Source of the DNA: an uncultured Methanoregulaceae archaeon
GTDB taxonomy: Archaea > Halobacteriota > Methanomicrobia > Methanomicrobiales > Methanospirillaceae
Reading direction: 5' to 3'
Length of the DNA: 64,000 bases
Assembly: GCA_963701095.1 (NCBI GenBank)
Contig: OY969564.1
Location: forward strand, 928,001-992,000
This document shows, in pieces, positions 43,740 to 56,729 of the stretch (positions are counted from its first letter, which is position 1; every line of letters starts with the position of its first letter). Under the pieces are notes generated by a model. The model saw only the letters and a list, made by a program, of their open reading frames with translations. It was not told the origin of the DNA and did not search any database. Both the position numbers and the translations under genes were made by a program.

Positions 43740-44351
43740 TTAAATGTGTCCCCTAGTTCCATTTTTAGAAATGTTGATATGTTCCAGTTCCTCGAGTTTG
43801 TTGATATTGGTAAACGTCCTGAGGTCTTGATCCATTGCCCTGAGGTCGTCCACCGGGACGTAGCGGGCATTCAGGGTTTGGATCATGGTCCTTAACGAAA
43901 GGGAGGTATGACTTCCAAGATACGATAACAAGGCAGTCCGCCGGTAAACAGCATGCAGGGGTTCAAGCATTTGTTCATTCCACTGGGGGATCGCAACATC
44001 GTAAGTACCGATTGCCTCAAAAAGATACGAGACTACCTTGGAATCAATGCATGGCATATCACAGGCCGAGACAAATATGAGATCCCCCTTTGCCGCAAGG
44101 GAACCAGCGTGCAGGCCGCCTATAGGTCCCATTCCCTGCCTGATATCACTGATACAGGTAACATTGCTGATCGTCTGAAACCGTGTACACTGTTCCGGAC
44201 TTCGGGCAACAATAATGATCTCGTCGACGACGCCGGAAAACGAACCAATGAGCCGTTCAATGAACGTCTTTCCTTCATAGGTGAAAAAATATTTTTCCTG
44301 ACCGTTTGCCCGCCGGGCTTCGCCCCCAGCCAGCACTACTGCGGATCTCAT
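43740..44351 (-). CDS. mobA: Molybdenum cofactor guanylyltransferase
   Basis: VLAGGEARR..G.EK, GPIGG, ACDMP, EPLHAVY, NIN. Confidence 0.9.
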   Translation of the reverse strand: MRSAVVLAGGEARRANGQEKYFFTYEGKTFIERLIGSFSGVVDEIIIVARSPEQCTRFQTISNVTCISDIRQGMGPIGGLHAGSLAAKGDLIFVSACDMPCIDSKVVSYLFEAIGTYDVAIPQWNEQMLEPLHAVYRRTALLSYLGSHTSLSLRTMIQTLNARYVPVDDLRAMDQDLRTFTNINKLEELEHINISKNGTRGHI

Positions 44352-45277
44352 GTGGATCCTCTTTGATTCGTAAGAGATTCACGGAATTTAACGAGATCGG
44401 TAATACAGGCATTAAACGGTGTGGGAATACCGTATTCTGATCCTTTTGCTACAATGGCACCATTGAGAAAATCGATTTCTGTTGGCCGTCCCCGAGCAAG
44501 GTCCTGGAGCATGGAAGAATGGTGCAGAGCCGTCGCAGGAAGCTGAACATCATGGAGAAACCTAAGATACTGGTCGGCGGATTCCCACTGCAAGCGGATT
44601 CCCTCAGCGTGAATGACAGAAAATCCTTCACGTACTATACCGGTAATAATTCTCCAGGCTGCCGGCTGGATCAGCTCCCCGTAAGGCACGCCCATTACGG
44701 CACCAAGAGGATTAAGAGCACAGTTATAGAGGGTCTTTCCCCAGAGCTCAGCCCGAACGTCCGCTGTCCCTACTGCCGGGATCCCTGCCTCCGCCATAAT
44801 TTCAAGGAGTTTTTGCACGGGATAATCAAGTCCTGCGGGAAAACGACCTAGTTTTGCAGGACCGGCTTCAACAGAAACATGCACCGCATTATCCCCCCGC
44901 CACTCAAAACCGGTAATTATCATACCTCCGATTACCCGATCAGTATATTGGCTGATGATCTCTTCGTTTCCTATTCCATTCTGGAGGCTGACTGTTTCAG
45001 TATCCCGGATGTATGTCGCATATTCTCGGCAGAGAGTTTCAGTGTCCCTGGATTTAGCAGTGATAATAATATAATCGTACCGGGATGCCGGGGGAATACC
45101 AGCCGACGCGCTGAATGCAAACGATCCATTTCCCCAGATACCAGTTAACTGGAAACCGTGTTTACGAATGGCTTCAGCAGTCTTTTCCCGGCAGACTGCG
45201 TGGACATCGCAGACAGGAGAGAGTTTTGCGGCAACGGACAGACCTACCGCACCTGCACCCAGCACCAGTATCTTCAT
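44348..45277 (-). CDS. panE: Ketopantoate reductase
   Basis: GAGAVG, LQNGIG, WGK..YNCALNPL, SSMLQD...TEIDFLNG. Confidence 0.9.
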   Translation of the reverse strand: MKILVLGAGAVGLSVAAKLSPVCDVHAVCREKTAEAIRKHGFQLTGIWGNGSFAFSASAGIPPASRYDYIIITAKSRDTETLCREYATYIRDTETVSLQNGIGNEEIISQYTDRVIGGMIITGFEWRGDNAVHVSVEAGPAKLGRFPAGLDYPVQKLLEIMAEAGIPAVGTADVRAELWGKTLYNCALNPLGAVMGVPYGELIQPAAWRIITGIVREGFSVIHAEGIRLQWESADQYLRFLHDVQLPATALHHSSMLQDLARGRPTEIDFLNGAIVAKGSEYGIPTPFNACITDLVKFRESLTNQRGST

Positions 45278-45352
45278 GGTGATCCTTCGCACCTGTACCT
45301 ATATGTTCCCGGATGGCAATTAGAGGTTCCGAACAGCACGGTAATTGGGCTT

Positions 45353-45810
45353 TTATTGGCCTGAGCTTTTACGCTTATTTTCTCCCTTTTTTTCAAGATT
45401 GAGCAGATATTCCTTAATCTCAGGTGTCGGTGTGAACCCGCCAATCCCCCCGGCAGCAACGATCCTGTGGCAGGGGACAACAAGCGGTGTCGGGTTCCGC
45501 GCCATGGCACGACCCACTGCCCGGGGAGATGTTCCAACCCGGGCGGCTATCTCCCCATAGGTTACGGTTGTACCATATGGCACATCACGGACTGCCTGAT
45601 AAATACGGGCAGATACGGTATCGCCTTCACAGGCAATTGTGGAGAGAACTGACAAATCGACAGGATGACCCGCGCAATATTGTTGTACTGGTGCCGGGAC
45701 CGGCCAGGAATTCCGGTACGTGCAAACCTGATACGGTGGATCTTTTCACCACGCCACCAGACATGAACATACCAGAGGCCAAGTCTGCAGGAACCACCGG
45801 TTATTTCCAT
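45353..45810 (-). CDS. ogt: Methylated-DNA--protein-cysteine methyltransferase (apparent frameshift near 45700)
   Basis: VPYG..VTYGEIA, RAVG, active-site PCHRIV. Confidence 0.88.
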
Positions 45811-47806
45811 CGTGTAAGTACCTCATGGAACTTCTGGTAGTCGCACTCAAGCATCTCATCCACAATCCATGCAGGAAGGGCTGAATTTACCCTCTTTTCA
45901 AGAAACCTCCGTTCTCCGAATACAAGAACACCACGATCCTCTGGTGTGCGTAAAACGCGGCCGAGTGCCTGAAGAGCCCGGTTAATAGCCGGCAGGGTGT
46001 AACAGAGAAATTCGCCTTCTTCACCGTATTTATGCCGGAAATATTCGATGATCATCTTTCTTACACGGGTAAAGGGAGCCAGAGGTAGCCCTACAACCAT
46101 TGCCCCAGAAAGCATCTCTCCCCGGTAATCAAGACCTTCACTCCATTTTCCCCCGCATACGGCAAACATGATGCCAGACTCGCCCCGGGCCGGAAGCGAG
46201 AGGAATTCGTTGAGTGCAGCACCAGCTCCCGCAGCATCCCGGGGTTCGACATATATTTTCCTCCTGCTTATATGAGGCGAGGCGAGAGCGACATACGATT
46301 CAAGGATCTGGTAACTCGGGAAATAGATTGCACGATTTTTCTTAAGAGAGGCAAAGGCGGTAATGTAGTGCACGATCCTGTCGGTATTCTCCCGGTTCTG
46401 CCGCAGAGAATACGCGGTTGTTATATCGGTCGCACAGCAGATGAGTCGATTCTCTTTTGGAAAGGAATTGGGAAGGGTAAGGGTTGCAATTTTTGCGTCG
46501 TTAAAATACAGCTTCCTGAAACTGTCAACCGGAGACAATGTACCGGAGATCATGATGCAGCAGGCATGTGTCGAACAGATCTCTGAAAGGGGAGCCGATG
46601 GATCGATATTCCTGACTTCAAGAATAATCCCCTCTTCATTCTTTTTGTAGACAGTGAGGTAGGCCGGGTTATGGGCAGACTCCGTAAGCCGGTACATGAA
46701 AACAGTCATGCGTTCAATTGCTGTCTCGCGGAACTCACCAGCTTTCTGGTTCTTGTCCCGGATCGTTTCAGCAAGGCCCATAAGTTCGTCAACAATGTCA
46801 CTCATATCTTTCCAGAGAGAGCCCCGGACAATTGACCGGTCAAATATCCCGGGATCAAACCAGTCTTCGGCTTCGCTCGAATTCGCAAGTCCCGCCATGA
46901 ATTCCGACAGCCTTGGAAGGACATGCCGGATCGCTTCGGCACCTTTATGCAGCCGTTTCAGGCCAAGGAGCTCCCGGGTAGCCTGTTCAAGGTCCTTTTG
47001 TGCAAGGGAAACGCTTTCGACAGACTGGATAACATCACCACAGTTATGAGCCTCATCAATGAGGAGCATAACATCCTTATCTTCCACATTGAGATGTGCG
47101 TAAAGCTGCTCACGAATCTCGCGATCGAAAAGGTGATAATAATTCAGGATTATGACATCTGCATTTTTTGCGGCATGCATGACCATCTCGTACGGGCAGA
47201 TATCGCCAGAAAAAGTACCAAGATCCGGGGAGGGACCGGGTCTGCAAGTACTTTATCTGCTTTTGAGCGGACCCCGGCAGATGCCACCATTTTGAGACCC
47301 CCGGTGTCTCCAGGAACAAACTGGCGGCTTGCGATAAAATAGGGGCATATTAACGGATGTTCGCGATCCATCTTCCGGATCTGCTGGATAATAAAAGGGT
47401 CTTTTATGGGAATCAGTGCACCGCGTTCGGCCCGTTCGCGCATAAGTGCCGAGGAAAAAGTCTTGACGCCTTCACAGCGCCGGTATATATCTCCCTCGCC
47501 GCCAAGAGGGCAAATGCTTTTTTTCCCGACAAGATAAACGGTTTTGAGTTCCGGCCGTTTCTTTTTTATGAGCGCAAGTTCCCGGACAAAGGTTGAAAGC
47601 TGGCTGACCGTCCGGACAGCGATCACAATTTTGCGTCCTTTACGTTCAGATAAGAGGGAAGCGACCACACTTGATTTCCCGCTGCCGGTCGGTGCATCTA
47701 TCATACCAATCCCCCCTTCGCGGGCGACTGATGCGGCAAACTCGAGCATCTCCCGCTGGTGGGGACGGTATTCGTTGTACGGGAAGAACCCGTCGGGAGT
47801 GTCCAT
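45801..47806 (-). CDS. XPD/Rad3/DinG-family SF2 DNA helicase (apparent frameshift near 47225)
   Basis: APTGSGKS, Fe-S cysteines, DEAHN, SGTL, SEGLD, QALGRVLR. Confidence 0.9.
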
Positions 47807-47913
47807 GTGCTGTACCTGTTTGCGGGGAAAGATATTATGGGCGTCGGAACAGCATGTGGGTTACCTGCCGGGCAGGCTCAAATCTAATATTCCCAAACGA
47901 TCCATCTGTTCTC

Positions 47914-49254
47914 ATGGCAATCCACCCCATCGAGAACCGGTACGGCACACCGGAGATGCGAGCCGTCTGGAGCGAGGAGAACCGTTTTGCCTGCGTTGTC
48001 GCAGTTGAATCAGCGCTCGCGCAGGCAGAAGCGGCACAGGGTATGATCCCCGTGGAAGCGGCAGGGGAGATAGCAAAGAATGCTCAAGGGGCATCTCTGA
48101 GTCGGGCAAAGGCAATTGAAGAAGAGATAAGCCATGATATGATGGCTATTGTAAAAGCGATCTCAGAGGTTTGCGGGGAGTCAGGCCGCTGGGTGCATTA
48201 CGGTGCCACTTCTAATGACATTCTCGATACGGCGACCGGTCTTCAGCTGGCTCAGGCACTCGATCTGATCGATGCAAAACTCCGGAAACTTCTTGGCGTA
48301 CTGGTACGACGGTCAGAGGAAACCATAACGCTTGTTGCTGTAGGGCGTACGCACGGGCAGCAAGGCGTACCCACCACGTACGGACTCAGATTTGCCATCT
48401 GGGCAAGTGAGGTAGGCCGGCATATTGAACGTCTTGAACAACTGCGTCCCGGGTCGCAGTGGGGCAGATGACAGGGGCGGTGGGAACTCAGGCGGCACTT
48501 GGACCAAAGGGGATGGAGGTCCAGGCAGCAATGATGGAGATCCTGCACCTTTCTCCGGTAGATGTCTCAAACCAGGTGATATCACGGGATCGATACGCAG
48601 AATACTTTATGTTTCTTGCCGGTATCGCAACGACCCTCGATAAAATCGGTGTCGAGATCCGATCGCTCCAGCGAACCGAAATTGGTGAAGTGGAGGAAGC
48701 GTTTGGTGCTAATCAGGTTGGATCGTCAACAATGCCGCATAAACGCAACCCTATTAAATCCGAACAGGTCTGCGGTCTGGCCAGAATTGTGCGAGCCTCT
48801 GTCGAACCCGCGCTTCTTAACAACACCATTTGGGACGAGAGGGATCTCACCAATTCATCCTGCGAACGGGTAATTTTTCCGGAAGCTTCTATCCTGACCG
48901 ATCATTGTCTCCGTCTCATGACGACCGTGCTCGATAAACTGGAGATTAATCGCGCTGCAATCCGGCGCAATCTCGGGTTCCTCCATGGTATCAATATGGC
49001 AGAGTCTGTAATGATCGAACTCACCAGACGTGGTATGAACCGGCAGGACGCCCACGAGCGGGTGAGGATGGCAAGTATGCAGGCACTGGCAGAAAGCCGG
49101 CCCCTCGCAGATGTTCTTCGGGAAGACCAGGAGGTACTCCGGGTACTGTTCACGTAAAGACCTCGAAACCCTGCTCGCACCGGATACGTACATCGGCACA
49201 TCAGTGGCACAGGTTAACCACGTAATCGGAAAACTTTCACCACTTATCCGGTGA
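47914..49254 (+). CDS. purB: Adenylosuccinate lyase (apparent frameshifts near 48452 and 49142)
   Basis: HYGATSND, GRTHGQ, GAVG, signature GSSTMPHKRNP. C-terminus LAPDTYIG... ends at TGA 49254. Confidence 0.95.
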
Positions 49255-49406
49255 TTTTCGATACCATGTCCGGTTGAGCGACAGGTACACTAAAGGAATC
49301 TGAAAAAATCTTTTTTTCCCAAGCAGAATCCGGATTCATCAAAAATGCCGGCTAAAACGATAATAACAGGTTTATAGAGTATCAGGATAAATTCAAAAGT
49401 ATACTC

Positions 49407-51203
49407 ATGGAACAACGATTCTCTATCCGGGGCTTTCATATCTCAAACACGGATTTCGTCCGTTACACCGTTATTGCCTCACTCACAATTTCTTCCATAT
49501 TGATTACGGCAATAGCGCTTACCAAAAATGCCGGGGCTCTTTATCCTCAGCTTTTCTATTTTCCCATACTGTACGCGACCTATTTTTATCCCAAACGCGG
49601 GATCATCCTTTCCGGAATCTGTGGCGTCATTTACGAATGTCTTGTATATTTCTCACTTTACCCGGATACCCTTGCACTCTGGTCATCTACCGGTCAGGCG
49701 ATTCTTTTTATTTGTGTCGCACTTGCAGTCGGTTATTTTACAAACTTAATCCGGATATCTGAGGCCCGCTACAGGAGTATTTTTGAAAACTCCCTGCTCG
49801 GCATCATTCTTTTTGACAAAAACCAGTTCACCATCCGTCTCGCAAACCAGCAGGTGGCTGCAATGCTCGGTTACACTGTCGAAGAAATCAGCCATAAGGT
49901 ATTTTCAGATCTGTTTTTTTCCATTGATCTAAAACGCCGGTTTTTCGAACACCTCGGATCCGGGGAAAATATCAAGAATTTCGAGACCTGTTTTGCCACA
50001 AAAACCGGAGATCCCCACTGGGTTATTCTTTCCTGGAGCCGGATTGACGACGTTATCGTAAGCTGCTCAATCACGGATATCAATGCAGAGAAACTCGCAC
50101 GTGAACTGGCAGCAGACAGTTCAACACAATACCAGCAATTGACCGAAAGCTCTCCCACCGGCATTGTGATTACGGATCATACGAAAATTCTCTATGCGAA
50201 CCCGGCGTTTTCCCGTTTCATCGGCTATACAGCTGAAGAATGCATTGGCAGAAATATCACTGAAAGTGTCATGGAAGAAGACAAAGACCGGTTTGTTACG
50301 TTTACCGGTAAGTGGGAATTACCTTCCCCGGTCCCTGACCGCGCGGAGTTCCGGTTCATTACAAAAGAAGGAGAAAACCGGCGAGCGGTTCTTTATTTTA
50401 CTCCTATTATCCGGAACAGCCTGCCTGCCGGGCTCATCAATATCGTTGACAATACCGAATGGGAAGAATATCGGGAACGGGTCGAACAAACCCGGGAAAG
50501 ACGGCGGGAAATGATGCGGGCGGTCGCTCATGAACTCAGGACGCCGCTCCAACCAGTGCTGGGGTATCTCAACCTGCTTCTCCAGGATCGAACTTCCTTT
50601 GGAGTGACTGATGAGACATGGCAGATCCTTGACCGGTGCGCAAAAAGTGTGGACAGGGAACGCCAGATCATCAACCAGATGATGGAACTTTCAGTTCTTG
50701 AAGGAGAGGAAACAAACCTTGACTATTCTGTTTTTCCTGTATTAGGGATGGTAAATACAGTAATAGCAAATGGAGGGTATACCCTCAAAGCAGAGATCTC
50801 CATCGATGTCCCGCAAGACCTCATCTTTGAAGCAGACCGGCAGAAACTTTCGTATGTCCTCGATGTGCTGATCGCAAACGGTGTGAATTATTCAAAACCC
50901 CCAAAAAAAGTCTGGATCACGTACCGCGGCTCCCCTTCACTTCCCTTTCACCGGCTTGCGATCCAGGATAACGGCGTCGGCATCACCGAAGCCCAGCTTG
51001 ACGCAATCTTCAAACCTGATGATGAGGGCACCTCGCTGTCATCACGGCAAAATGCCGGCGGGCCCGGCTTATCCCTTGCCATTGCAAAGAAGTACGTCCA
51101 GCTGCACGGCGGGTATATCAGCGTAGACAGTATTGGGAACATCGGGAGTACATTTACCATCCACATCCCGAAAAAACGACCAGAAAAAGATCAACCATCA
51201 TGA
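49407..51203 (+). CDS. Membrane PAS-PAS sensor histidine kinase
   Basis: Four TM, two PAS domains, AHELRTPL, DNGVG, GLSLAI. Confidence 0.9.
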   Translation: MEQRFSIRGFHISNTDFVRYTVIASLTISSILITAIALTKNAGALYPQLFYFPILYATYFYPKRGIILSGICGVIYECLVYFSLYPDTLALWSSTGQAILFICVALAVGYFTNLIRISEARYRSIFENSLLGIILFDKNQFTIRLANQQVAAMLGYTVEEISHKVFSDLFFSIDLKRRFFEHLGSGENIKNFETCFATKTGDPHWVILSWSRIDDVIVSCSITDINAEKLARELAADSSTQYQQLTESSPTGIVITDHTKILYANPAFSRFIGYTAEECIGRNITESVMEEDKDRFVTFTGKWELPSPVPDRAEFRFITKEGENRRAVLYFTPIIRNSLPAGLINIVDNTEWEEYRERVEQTRERRREMMRAVAHELRTPLQPVLGYLNLLLQDRTSFGVTDETWQILDRCAKSVDRERQIINQMMELSVLEGEETNLDYSVFPVLGMVNTVIANGGYTLKAEISIDVPQDLIFEADRQKLSYVLDVLIANGVNYSKPPKKVWITYRGSPSLPFHRLAIQDNGVGITEAQLDAIFKPDDEGTSLSSRQNAGGPGLSLAIAKKYVQLHGGYISVDSIGNIGSTFTIHIPKKRPEKDQPS

Positions 51204-51565
51204 CACGCAAAATTGTTGTAATCGAGGACGACCAGCCTATCCTCGATCTCATGGGTATCCTGTTAAAAAAACTCGGATACGAGCCGGTCCTTATCCCGAA
51301 CGGGCTCGATGCATTGACTTCTGTACGGGCAGACCCTCCAGCCCTTATCCTCCTTGACATTATGATGTTCCCCCTTTCGGGCTGGGAGTTTCTTGAACGT
51401 CTGAGGACTGAATACAACCTCAGGGAGATCCCGGTAATTCTTTTTACAGCTTCACCAATTGTCCCGGAGAAGATAGAGAAACTTAATGATCCAAAACTGG
51501 GTATTCTTCAGAAACCGGTTACGTACGATGAACTCAGGGCCGCGATTTCACACTTTCTTGAATAA
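51200..51565 (+). CDS. Single-domain response regulator
   Basis: VVIEDD, LLDIMM, ILFTAS, QKP. Confidence 0.9.
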   Translation: MTRKIVVIEDDQPILDLMGILLKKLGYEPVLIPNGLDALTSVRADPPALILLDIMMFPLSGWEFLERLRTEYNLREIPVILFTASPIVPEKIEKLNDPKLGILQKPVTYDELRAAISHFLE

Positions 51566-51692
51566 TTTTTCGGAGACAGCGGCAGAAGTTCCCTCCCGGT
51601 TTTGAGTGCACATGATGATCTCGTCCAAAAAAGTTGACATATATTCTTATTTATATCAAAAACGATTGTGAGTATATTGAGGTTCCAATCCG

Positions 51693-54600
51693 GTGCTACT
51701 GGAGGCAGACATGATATCGGTCTTGTACGTTGATGATGAATCGGCGCTCCTTGAAGTGACCAAAAATTTTATGGAAAGGGGAGGTGGTTTTAAGGTCGAC
51801 ACTGCTATATCGGCACAGGAAGCCATTGAAAAACTAAAAGCGGAAAGGTACGATGCACTCGTCGCCGATTACCTTATGCAAGATATGGATGGCCTTGAAC
51901 TGCTCAAATACCTCCGGCCGCGGTGTAATGGCATGCCTTTTATTCTCTTTACCGGCAATGGTAGCGAAGAGATCGCCATCGATGCACTCAACTCCGGCGC
52001 TGATTTCTATGTTCAGAAAAAAGGATCGCCCCGGACCCAGTTTGCAGAACTCGAAACAAAGATACGATCAGCAGTCGCACGGCGCCAGAACGAACTGACA
52101 TTACGCCAGACAGAAAGGGATCTCCGTTCATTGGTGGATCAGCTTGCTGACGTGATCTTTACCCTCAGTGAAGAGGGACTGATAACGTACATCAGCCCCC
52201 CGGTAGCCCAATTCGGTTATGCGCCACAGGATCTCATCGGTAAAGATTTTGCTATTCTTGTCGGCGCAGAAGATATTCCATCAGTCGCACATCATTTTGC
52301 CGATATAAAACAGGGACTATCCAAATCGTTTGAGTTCAGGTTGGTGGATACAAGCGGCCACCTGCACGTCGTGTATTCATCGTTTAGTCCCCGTTTGGAC
52401 AACGGGCAGTTTAATGGCTGCCAAGGCACCCTTGCAGATATTACCGCAACAAAAAAAGATACTCAAGACGCACAAAAGATCATCGATCAACATCAGATGC
52501 TTTTTGATCTTTCTCCTGATGGGATACTTATTGTTGATCCGGGAACCGGCATACCTGTCGAATTTAATGAAGCCGCATGCCGCCAGTTGGGCTATACCCG
52601 GGAAGAACTCCTGGGTCTTTGCCTCTTTGACATCGAGGTTGCAGATGATCCCCAGAAACTAAAGGAAAAGATTCCCGAAATTCTGCAGAAAGGTAGTATA
52701 ACATTCGGGATCAGGTACCAGACCAAAGAGGGCAGCATCCGCGACATTGTAGTGACTGCCCGGGTCGTTGAAGAAGGGACATTAAAGAAAATTGGTCTGA
52801 TCCTTCATGAGGTCACTGACGATCAGAAGCAGAAAAAGATCTTAGAAGAACGGGCTCTTGGATCAGAATCAATCTTCAGACTGGCACCTCTTGCCCAACT
52901 GACCCTTGCCCCGGATGGTACCGTAACCGGAATTAATCAGACCGGAACAGAGATACTCGGCCGTACCCGGATGAGATTCTGGGGAAATCCCTCGCTGAAT
53001 TCGTCGAAAACGGCGACCGTGAGCGGTTCTCCCAGGCACTTGACGATCTGGTGCGATCCGGCAGGATCCAGAGAGAACAATTTTCTCTGGTTTCTCATGA
53101 TAACAAGAGGGTTAACGTTTCAGTCGAAGGGTCTATTGTCCGCACCGATGACGGAAAGATCCGCCTGCTGCTGGTTACGCTTACCGACATCACCGATCAG
53201 ATAAAGAAAACCGAAGAGATTGAGGCTGCCGCTGTTTCTGCCGGCGGCGTCATTGCCGGTGCCCGTGACGGTATTCTGGTTTGCAATCAGGATCAGATTA
53301 TCACAGTCTGGAATCCTGCAATGGAGGATATTACCGGAACTGCATCCCGGGATGCGCTCGGGCATCACCTTGCTGAAATGCTGCCGTTCCTTGGGGAAAC
53401 CGGGGCAGACTCGCCAGCTTCACGTGCTCTTACCGGAGAAATTGTGGCTACACCGGATACACGTTATGAATATCCGGATACCGGTAAGAGCGGATGGGTA
53501 CGAGCAATCTTTTCACCCTTACGAGATCCCGCCGGGAAAATCTTCGGAACTATCGGCGTAGTACAGGAGATTACCGCCCGTACTAAAACGCTTTTAAAAG
53601 TGAAGGCAGCAAACAAGGTATTTTCAATCGGTGCATTTGTCGGTGCGAAAGCCCCGGTCGTCCACGATCTCCAGGAGTTATTAAGCGAAACCTGCCGGGT
53701 TGCTGTTGATAATGATGTCATAAACAGAGCATGGATAGGGCTCCTCGATCATACTACCGGCATCCTCCGTCCGGTAGCACAGGCAGGCGCCGGAGAAGGT
53801 TTACGCGCCGACGGATTTCTGGTCTCAACTGATCCGGGATGCAGCCTTGAAAAAGAGGCGATCAGGACAGGAGAACCTGTAGTCTGCACCGATACCATAA
53901 CTGACCAGGTCGCTCAGGCATTCAAAGATGCGGCACAAAGCGCCGGGTACAGGTCATTGTCGGTTATACCCTTCCGGTTCAACGGAACGGTCGTTGGCGT
54001 TATTACCCTTTGTTCTCCCCATCCGTATGCGTTTACGAATGAAGACACCGAAGTACTCGCGTACCTTGGCACTTCACTCTCGCTGGCACTCGATCTTCTC
54101 GATAAAAAAACCCTCCAGCGCCGGGCCGGCAGGGGAGGACACGGGAGCTGGGAACGTACCCGGTTCTTGGCTGGTGGAATCGAATCCGGAATTGTCCCGT
54201 TTGCTGCAGTGCAAGCCGACGGAACCGTATGGGTTGTGAACGCAGCACTCTGTACCTTACTCGGTTATACCGAAGACGAACTGCTCGGTCTCCCGCTGCC
54301 GCAGATCTTTGACGCATCTTCCCTGGATCGGCTCCTGCAGGTACTCCAGACTAAAACACCGGAACACTTGGAAACTACCATCAGGAAAAAAGATAACACC
54401 GATCTACCCGTTGAATTATTTCTCCAGGAAATACCTGACAAAACGAGTGGCCAGATGTGTGTCGGTGTCTTTATTACCGATTTCTCAGCAAGAAAGCAGA
54501 TTATAGACAATCTTGAGACGGACCAGAAAAAATATCATGCTTATTTTGAAAAATTGAGTGCTGCTGTTGTGATAACGGAGCCTGAAGGTCTGATTCTTGC

Positions 54601-56608
54601 CACAAACCCGGCTGCATGCGAGCTGCTTGGCCGGACCGAGAAGGAACTGTGCTCAGAGGAGGGGAACCTTGCCCGTGCCGGAGATCCCCGGTTTATCGAA
54701 CTGGTGAGATCGTGCAGGGAGAACGGCTCTGCACACACTGAACTGCGACTGGTGAAAGGCGATGGCTCAGCACTTGACGTATTCGTCGAAGGCACCCCAT
54801 TCCGGGATCAAAATGGCCGGCTGCTTCTGAACCTTATCATCCGGGATATCACCGGTGCAAAACATCCCCCGGGTGAAGAAGCGATCAAGGAAGAGGTAAC
54901 CGCCGCAATTCTCGACAGCCTTCCTTATCCTGTGCGGCGGGCGGATGCCGGCGGCATTGAACTGTTTTTCAACAAGGCGTGGCTGTCGTTTACCGGAAGA
55001 ACGCGAGAACAGGAGCAGGATAACGGTTGGATGGAAAATATTCATCCCGAAGACTGTGATACCTACAAAAATATCCTGAAGAAACAGGAAGGCATCAGGG
55101 AGCAATGGATCTCTCAATATCGTCTGAGGAGCTGTACCGGTGCATACCGTTGGATCCAGGAGATTTACACCCCCGATGCAAAAGGAACCGGATTTACCTG
55201 CTCCTGTTACGACATCCAGGAATTTAAAGAGGCACAAGCCGCATGTGATGAGAAAGAGGAGCAGTTCAAAGCAGTCTTTGAGAACATGTCCGATGCTGCA
55301 TTCCTCATCAGTGACAGCATTATTGACTGCAATATATCGGCGACCCGGCTGTTTGGCATATCCCGGGAGGATTTAATCGGACGTGAACTTTCGGATCTAT
55401 CACCCCAGTTCCAGCCTCACGGGCAGCAATCGATCGATGCTATCGGAACGTTCCTTGCAGGAGCACGCACGGGGACACCTCAGACATTTCCCTGGGTTGT
55501 ATTGAAGAACGATGGAGCGACAGCTGAGACAAACATTACCCTGAAAGTACTGGACACTACCAGGGAGCGTTATGTGCTTGCAGTGATCTCTGATCTGACC
55601 GAACAGCACAGGAAAGAACGCGAGATCCGGAGACTTGCCTCATATCCAGAAATGAACCCGAACCCGGTTATTGAAGTCCGGCCCGACCGTTCGATTACCT
55701 ATTCCAACCCCGCAACCGCGGCTGTACTGTCAGGTCTCGACCTTTCTGATGACCCCACGGTGTTCCTTCCGGCAGATTTTGACGAGATCGTTGTATCATT
55801 TGAAAAGAAACAGCCAATCGTGATCGTCCGGGTAGTTCCTCTCAAGGAGCGATCGTTCCAGGAGGCCATTTGCTTATCACCGGATTATGACCTCATACGG
55901 ATCTATGCGTATGACATTACCGACCGGGTCCAGGCGATGGATGCTCTTGCCTACGCTAACCACAAACTAAGCACGCTCACAAGCATAACACGCCACGACA
56001 TCCAGAATAAACTCACCGGCGTAAGGGGTTATCTAGAACTCCTGAAAGGATTGCTTCGTGATCCCATGCAAATCGAGTACCTGGAAAAAGCTGAAGCCGG
56101 TGCTGAAGCCATCGGGCGGCATATCGATTTTACCAAAGAATATGAATCTCTGGGAGGAACGGCTCCTGTTTGGCAGGAGATTTCGCCTGTCCTCACTGAA
56201 ATCAAGTCACACTTCGACCTTGGAGGGATTGGATTTGAAGGCCCATTACCGGGTTTTTCGGTCTTTGCTGACCCCATGTTTACCAAAGTCCTCTATAACC
56301 TCGTCGACAATTCGCTGCGCCACGGCGTACATGTCCGCCGTATCAGCATTAACGCTGCACCTTCAGAAACCGGGTGTATCCTCACCTATGAAGACGACGG
56401 TGTAGGAATCCCCAACGATAAAAAGGAACTTATTTTCGAACGCGGTTTTACGACATCCTCAGGTTCCGGGAAATCATCCGGACTCGGCCTGTTTCTTGCC
56501 CGTGATATCCTTGCCATTACCGGCATCGCTATTAAAGAGACAGGGACGCCCGGTTCGGGTTCGCGGTTTGAGATGTCCATTCCCCCGGGTAAGTGGCGAA
56601 ACGGGTAA
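51693..56608 (+). CDS. Large hybrid REC / multi-PAS / GAF histidine kinase (apparent frameshift near 52971)
   Basis: N-terminal REC (VLYVDDE, DYLM), many PAS domains, a GAF domain, TRHDIQN H-box and HATPase boxes. Confidence 0.9.
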
Positions 56609-56729
56609 GGATCCCTTTACAGAGATTTACCTAGGAAATCGGGTTACACTAATCCCCGGATATTTACGAAATTTCCTAACCTGAAATAAAAATGGTACTA
56701 ACCATACCCCAGATTATCTAAAAAAAAGA

